Of a DNA stretch of 27,566 bases, positions 23,540-27,566 are shown piece by piece (positions within the stretch are counted from its first letter, which is position 1; the number at the start of each line of letters is the position of its first letter). This DNA is from a virus (Duplodnaviria; Caudoviricetes). The translations under genes and the position numbers were made by a program. The notes below the pieces were generated by a model, which saw nothing but the letters and a program-made list of their open reading frames with translations, ran no database searches and had not been told where the DNA came from. The DNA is taken from positions 1 to 27,566 of IMG/VR virus record IMGVR_UViG_3300031949_000140; one strand, given 5' to 3'.

Positions 23540-26032
23540 GTGAACAAACATCCACTCGCCAACTGCACAGGCTGCCCGTACAAGGACCGTCCCTACGTTT
23601 CATCCGAGTTCAACCCTGGTGCAACATACAACGTAGTGGGCGAGTCTCCTGGGCGTGATGAGGCGTTCAACACTCACACACCCTTCACAGGCCCAAGCGG
23701 TGACCTCCTCTGGAAGACAATGGCACAGGCCGGCGTCAAGCGTTCACAGTGCAATGTGCTCAACGTCATTGCCTGTGCCCCTCCCGAGGCTGATGCTCCT
23801 GAGAAGCAACAACAGTTCGCCCCAAAGGGCCAATACGACGTTGACCAGACACGTGCAACCAAAGACGCAGAGACTGTTGCTTCCGAGAAGGCACAGGCAG
23901 CACAGTGTTGCAGTGGTCGTTTGCACGACGAGTTGTCGTGTACTACTGGCAACATCCTGCTACTGGGGAGGATAGCGCAGTATGCACTGTTGCCAGAGTT
24001 GGAGGGTGCAAAGAACACGCGCCTGTGCAGATGGGTGGAGCATAACGGACGCAATTACATCTACACATGGCACCCAGCGCATGTCTTACGCGCACCTGTT
24101 GAAGCACGCACCATGATGAACGGCATCCAGAAATACGTGCGCGTGCCTCCTGGACGCAAGTTGCCACCTGTGCCGGAACATCACATCGTGGTCTCACCAG
24201 GCCACCTGCACGGCCTGTGCAGCCTGTGGGAGCAGCGTAGGGCTTTGCAACTTTGCATTGACACCGAGACGGACCAGATAGACTGGCAGAACGACGACAT
24301 CCTGTGCATGGGCATCTACGACGGAATTAACATCTATGTAGTGCCCAAGTATGCGTTTGACTCGTTCAAGTATGGGTTGCCAGTGTGGGACGAGTGGTAT
24401 AAAGCACTTCACAGGTTCTTCTCCATTGACGCTGTATGGATCATGCAGAACGGAAAGTACGACCAACGCTTTCTTCGTGGCCAGTATGGTTTGCCCGCAC
24501 GCTGCACGTGGGACACCATGCTTGGTCACTACGCATGGGACGAGCGCAAAGGCACGCATGACCTCAAAGGCTTGTGTGCGTTCTTTTTCGATGTGGAAGA
24601 CTGGGAACTGCAGATGGCCGAGTGGATTGGCACATCACATGCCCACAATGCACGGTACAGCATCATACCTGCAGATAACCTTCATGCTTACGTTGCACAG
24701 GATGTGTTCTACGATTGGCATCTGAAGCAGGGGTTGGAGAAGTTGTTGAAGCGCGAAGGACTGCTTGAGTGGCCGCTACTCAACCTGCTCATGCCTGCAA
24801 ACGAAGTCCTGCTGGAAGCGGAGATCTTTGGTGCATATGTGGACACCGAGGCGCTCGATGAACTGTGGGTGCAGTGGCTGTTATGGCAGTGGGACGTGCG
24901 CGATGAGATAGAGGCAATGACGAATGGGCTAGTTGACAACCCAGCATCCACCGTGCAGGTGTCGCACTATGTATACGACATACTCGGGCTGAAGTTGCAG
25001 AGGCACCTGCCCAAGAAGTCACGCTGTACGGACGACGAGGTGATTGCACAACTCTTCGTGGAACTTGAAGAAGCAGGCAAGAAGGCACTGCACGCCTACG
25101 AGTTTCTGGTTACGCTTCGCCAGTTCCGTCGCATACAGAAAATGCGTGGCTCCTACGTGGAGCAAATCAAGAACTTCATGGATGAGCACAGGCGCGTGCA
25201 TCCTGAGTTCCTAGTGCACGGCACGGAGACTGGCCGTATCTCTGCACGCAACCCTGCCATCCAAACCATTCCACGCCCCAATGACCGAGAAGCAGGTCAG
25301 ATGGGCTCACACATCCGCAACCTGTTCATTGCACCACCTGGCTGCAAGTTGGTCAACGTGGACTATTCACAGTGCGAACTGCGGTTCGCTGCTCACGTGT
25401 CCGGTGACACCTTCCTACGTGAAGCGTACATTGCTGGGCGCGATCTGCACAGTGAGGTAACAAAGGGTGTGTTCGGGGAGGACTACACCGACGAGCAACG
25501 TCAGCGCATCAAGGTGTTTAACTTCCAGTTCCTCTATGGTGCAAAGCCAGAGGCGAAGTCGTATGCACGCGGTGAGTCCATTCCGCTGGATGTTGCCAAG
25601 CGCTTCGTTGACGGTTACAAAGCAACGATGGGAGGACTGCTGGTATGGCGCAACAACCAGGAACGCTTGATGCACAGTCAGCACTTCGTGAAGTCGATCT
25701 TCGGACGCCGACGAATGTTGCCAGTAATTACGATTGGCAACCGTGAAGAGGCGCGCAAGGTATCAATCAACGCGCCCATTCAGGGTGGTGCATCGGATCT
25801 CACACTCTTGGCAGCAATTGACATCTACAATGATCCATGGATGCGTGCAAAGGACGTGCATGTACTTCTGCCCATGCACGATAGTATTCTCCTGCAGGTG
25901 CCAACTGAGTACGCTGACGAGGTGGCAGACCGCGCGAAGCAGGTCTTCGTGGATGTGGCTGCCCGTTACATCAAAGACGTGCCATTCAAGGCGGATGCTA
26001 AGGTTGGCGACCGATGGGGAGACGTGAGATGA
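23540..26032 (+). CDS. polA: Family A DNA polymerase with N-terminal uracil-DNA-glycosylase-like domain and 3'-5' exonuclease
   Basis: UDG4-like CTGC, GESPG, PFTGPSG, HPAHVLR; exonuclease DTET, NGKYD, YVAQD; polymerase TGRIS, DYSQCELR, KVFNFQFLYG, HDSI. Confidence 0.93.
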   Translation: MNKHPLANCTGCPYKDRPYVSSEFNPGATYNVVGESPGRDEAFNTHTPFTGPSGDLLWKTMAQAGVKRSQCNVLNVIACAPPEADAPEKQQQFAPKGQYDVDQTRATKDAETVASEKAQAAQCCSGRLHDELSCTTGNILLLGRIAQYALLPELEGAKNTRLCRWVEHNGRNYIYTWHPAHVLRAPVEARTMMNGIQKYVRVPPGRKLPPVPEHHIVVSPGHLHGLCSLWEQRRALQLCIDTETDQIDWQNDDILCMGIYDGINIYVVPKYAFDSFKYGLPVWDEWYKALHRFFSIDAVWIMQNGKYDQRFLRGQYGLPARCTWDTMLGHYAWDERKGTHDLKGLCAFFFDVEDWELQMAEWIGTSHAHNARYSIIPADNLHAYVAQDVFYDWHLKQGLEKLLKREGLLEWPLLNLLMPANEVLLEAEIFGAYVDTEALDELWVQWLLWQWDVRDEIEAMTNGLVDNPASTVQVSHYVYDILGLKLQRHLPKKSRCTDDEVIAQLFVELEEAGKKALHAYEFLVTLRQFRRIQKMRGSYVEQIKNFMDEHRRVHPEFLVHGTETGRISARNPAIQTIPRPNDREAGQMGSHIRNLFIAPPGCKLVNVDYSQCELRFAAHVSGDTFLREAYIAGRDLHSEVTKGVFGEDYTDEQRQRIKVFNFQFLYGAKPEAKSYARGESIPLDVAKRFVDGYKATMGGLLVWRNNQERLMHSQHFVKSIFGRRRMLPVITIGNREEARKVSINAPIQGGASDLTLLAAIDIYNDPWMRAKDVHVLLPMHDSILLQVPTEYADEVADRAKQVFVDVAARYIKDVPFKADAKVGDRWGDVR

Positions 26033-26442
26033 AGAAACCAAACGAGTTCACAATGGCACAGGCTGTGCAGGACTTCAAGTATGGAGCACGCATGTACCTG
26101 AAGTCAGACCGTGACTCAGCAACTATCCTGGTCCGTATTCGCACAGAACGACCACTCATGTGGTTTGTGTTTGGAGACGCAGCAGGGTCGGTCCATCCAG
26201 GGTACTGGGAGACCTCGTCCATGTCCACACTGCTGCGTGTGTGCATCCAACTCCTCAAGTCATCTCTTGCAGACGAGATGACACGGGTCAAGTTGGAGTT
26301 ACTCGTGGCATTCTGCCAAGCGCCTCGTGAAGAGCGGCCCTCAATTGCGATTGAACTGCAGAGGACTCAACGCGAGATGGATGCAGCCACTACGGAGGAA
26401 AGAGCAGAGTATGTGCGAGCACTGTCCCAACCACGGAGGTAG
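26029..26442 (+). CDS. Hypothetical protein
   Basis: ATGA-coupled to the polA stop; last gene of the plus block. Confidence 0.6.
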   Translation: MKKPNEFTMAQAVQDFKYGARMYLKSDRDSATILVRIRTERPLMWFVFGDAAGSVHPGYWETSSMSTLLRVCIQLLKSSLADEMTRVKLELLVAFCQAPREERPSIAIELQRTQREMDAATTEERAEYVRALSQPRR

Positions 26443-26605
26443 CAATGCTCACAACTGCAACGATAATGAAGCGCGCAAGACGGTTACTCTGTTCGAGCAA
26501 CGCCACCCTCTCAAACAGACCCGTCTTGCCGTTGCCAAACAGCGCCTGTCGTATGGTCCTGACATCCTCCTTAATCTCTGATACATCGTCAGCAATAGCC
26601 ATCAC
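26390..26605 (-). CDS. Small membrane protein (holin/XhlA-like), end of late block
   Basis: Coiled segment, LFGNGKTGLFERVALLE, C-terminal TM helix. Confidence 0.6.
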   Translation of the reverse strand: MMAIADDVSEIKEDVRTIRQALFGNGKTGLFERVALLEQSNRLARFIIVAVVSIATSVVGTVLAHTLLFPP

Positions 26606-26808
26606 GCAATCTCCTTGAGTTGGTCCTCGAACGCTGCAATCAGCGCCTCGGTCCTTTCCATCTCTGCTTCAATCGCCTTCAACGACTCCATGTCGCCTAT
26701 GCGCGTGCGCGCCCTGTGCCGTGCAGCGAGCATGAACACGCCGTTACGCAGCCCCTGGATTTCCTGCTGCAACAAGGCACGTTGAACTTCCACTGGAACG
26801 TTATCCAT
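26602..26808 (-). CDS. Small coiled-coil protein (possible tail fibre accessory)
   Basis: ATG immediately after the tail fibre stop; helical composition. Confidence 0.6.
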   Translation of the reverse strand: MDNVPVEVQRALLQQEIQGLRNGVFMLAARHRARTRIGDMESLKAIEAEMERTEALIAAFEDQLKEIA

Positions 26809-26809
26809 A

Positions 26810-27565
26810 TCACACCACCGTTGTTAGACCATAGTTGTTTAACGCTGTACGCAGCGCTGTGATTGCTGCAATGGATGTCGCCAGATCTGTTGGCACAGCG
26901 CAGCCTGTTTGCTTCACTACGGGCGTTGCGTTGTTGAAGCCTGCCAGCGTGCCTCTATGTGCTAAATCCTTTGCAATGGCAAGGCTGCCTGCAGCAGTCA
27001 TTCCATCCGTCGTTGTGCCTATCAACAAGTTGCCCGCAGCAGTCAACCGGGCAACCTCAGCCATTGTCACAGAACTTGTTGGAGTTGTGTGAAACGACAC
27101 AAGTGTTCCGTGCGCTGTGTTGGTAAACGCTTCGGCGGCGGTCATACGAATCGCCACTCGTGCTCCCGTGAATGCTGGTGTACCAACGGTGTAGTAACCA
27201 CGCGCATCGATCTGGAACAGCACGTTACCAGAAGCAGTAGCCGTTGGTGAAGCCTCTGTGCCTTGTGCCCGTTTGGCAAAGAAGACTGGTCCAGCACCAT
27301 ACGCCACCATTTGGTTGATTGGTGCTACGCCATCGCCAACCACGTTGTATCCAGGGAACGCTATGCCAGGCTGGGTGCCTATCGAAAGTACCTTGTTGGT
27401 GTCGTCCCACGTCAAGTCAGCCGAGTCTCCAAGCAGTCCGCTCGCACCTGCAAACGGAATGCGTGTGGCAGTCAGAGCGGTAACGGCAAGACTGTGCAGC
27501 GTGGTGACGCTTGTAGTACTGTCGATGCTCAACGCGGTTACAAAGGGGCTTACTAGGTTTGCAAC
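26810..27565 (-). CDS. Tail fibre protein C-terminus (partial, runs off right edge)
   Basis: Frame open to the window edge; Gly/Thr/Ala-rich; LTATRIPFAGASGLLGDSADLTWD, EVARLTAAGNLLIGTT, ALRTALNNYGL fibre-type motifs. Confidence 0.8.
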   Translation of the reverse strand, partial: VANLVSPFVTALSIDSTTSVTTLHSLAVTALTATRIPFAGASGLLGDSADLTWDDTNKVLSIGTQPGIAFPGYNVVGDGVAPINQMVAYGAGPVFFAKRAQGTEASPTATASGNVLFQIDARGYYTVGTPAFTGARVAIRMTAAEAFTNTAHGTLVSFHTTPTSSVTMAEVARLTAAGNLLIGTTTDGMTAAGSLAIAKDLAHRGTLAGFNNATPVVKQTGCAVPTDLATSIAAITALRTALNNYGLTTVV

Positions 27566-27566
27566 A

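Overview
Phage genome segment, most likely a tailed dsDNA phage. A Chloroflexi-like host is suggested weakly by the holin type and a Pro/Thr-rich membrane protein. A minus-strand late block runs leftward from about 4070 (holin, terS, terL, partial portal), and late genes re-enter from the right edge (tail fibre C-terminus, small lysis-type genes). A plus-strand early/middle block (4718-26442) encodes HTH proteins, small early proteins, a RuvC-like nuclease, an SNF2 helicase, a PD-(D/E)XK nuclease, an AAA ATPase, HNH, an SSB-like protein, a primase-helicase and a UDG-fused PolA. It also carries a queC-less 7-deazaguanine DNA-modification pathway (queD, queE, folE, dpdA-like, and a separate DpdL-like QueD paralogue). 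The most unusual feature is a ~1.2 kb zone (6158-7388) that almost lacks AG, GG, CT and CC on both strands. It is followed by ~0.5 kb where the constraint applies to only one strand. Genes, promoters and a terminator inside the zone are all written in this reduced alphabet, including a recoded Gly/Pro/Trp-free paralogue of two normally coded genes. A probable type II hammerhead ribozyme and an SD-sequestering RNA structure lie just downstream. All counts and alignments were done by eye and no database searches were run.
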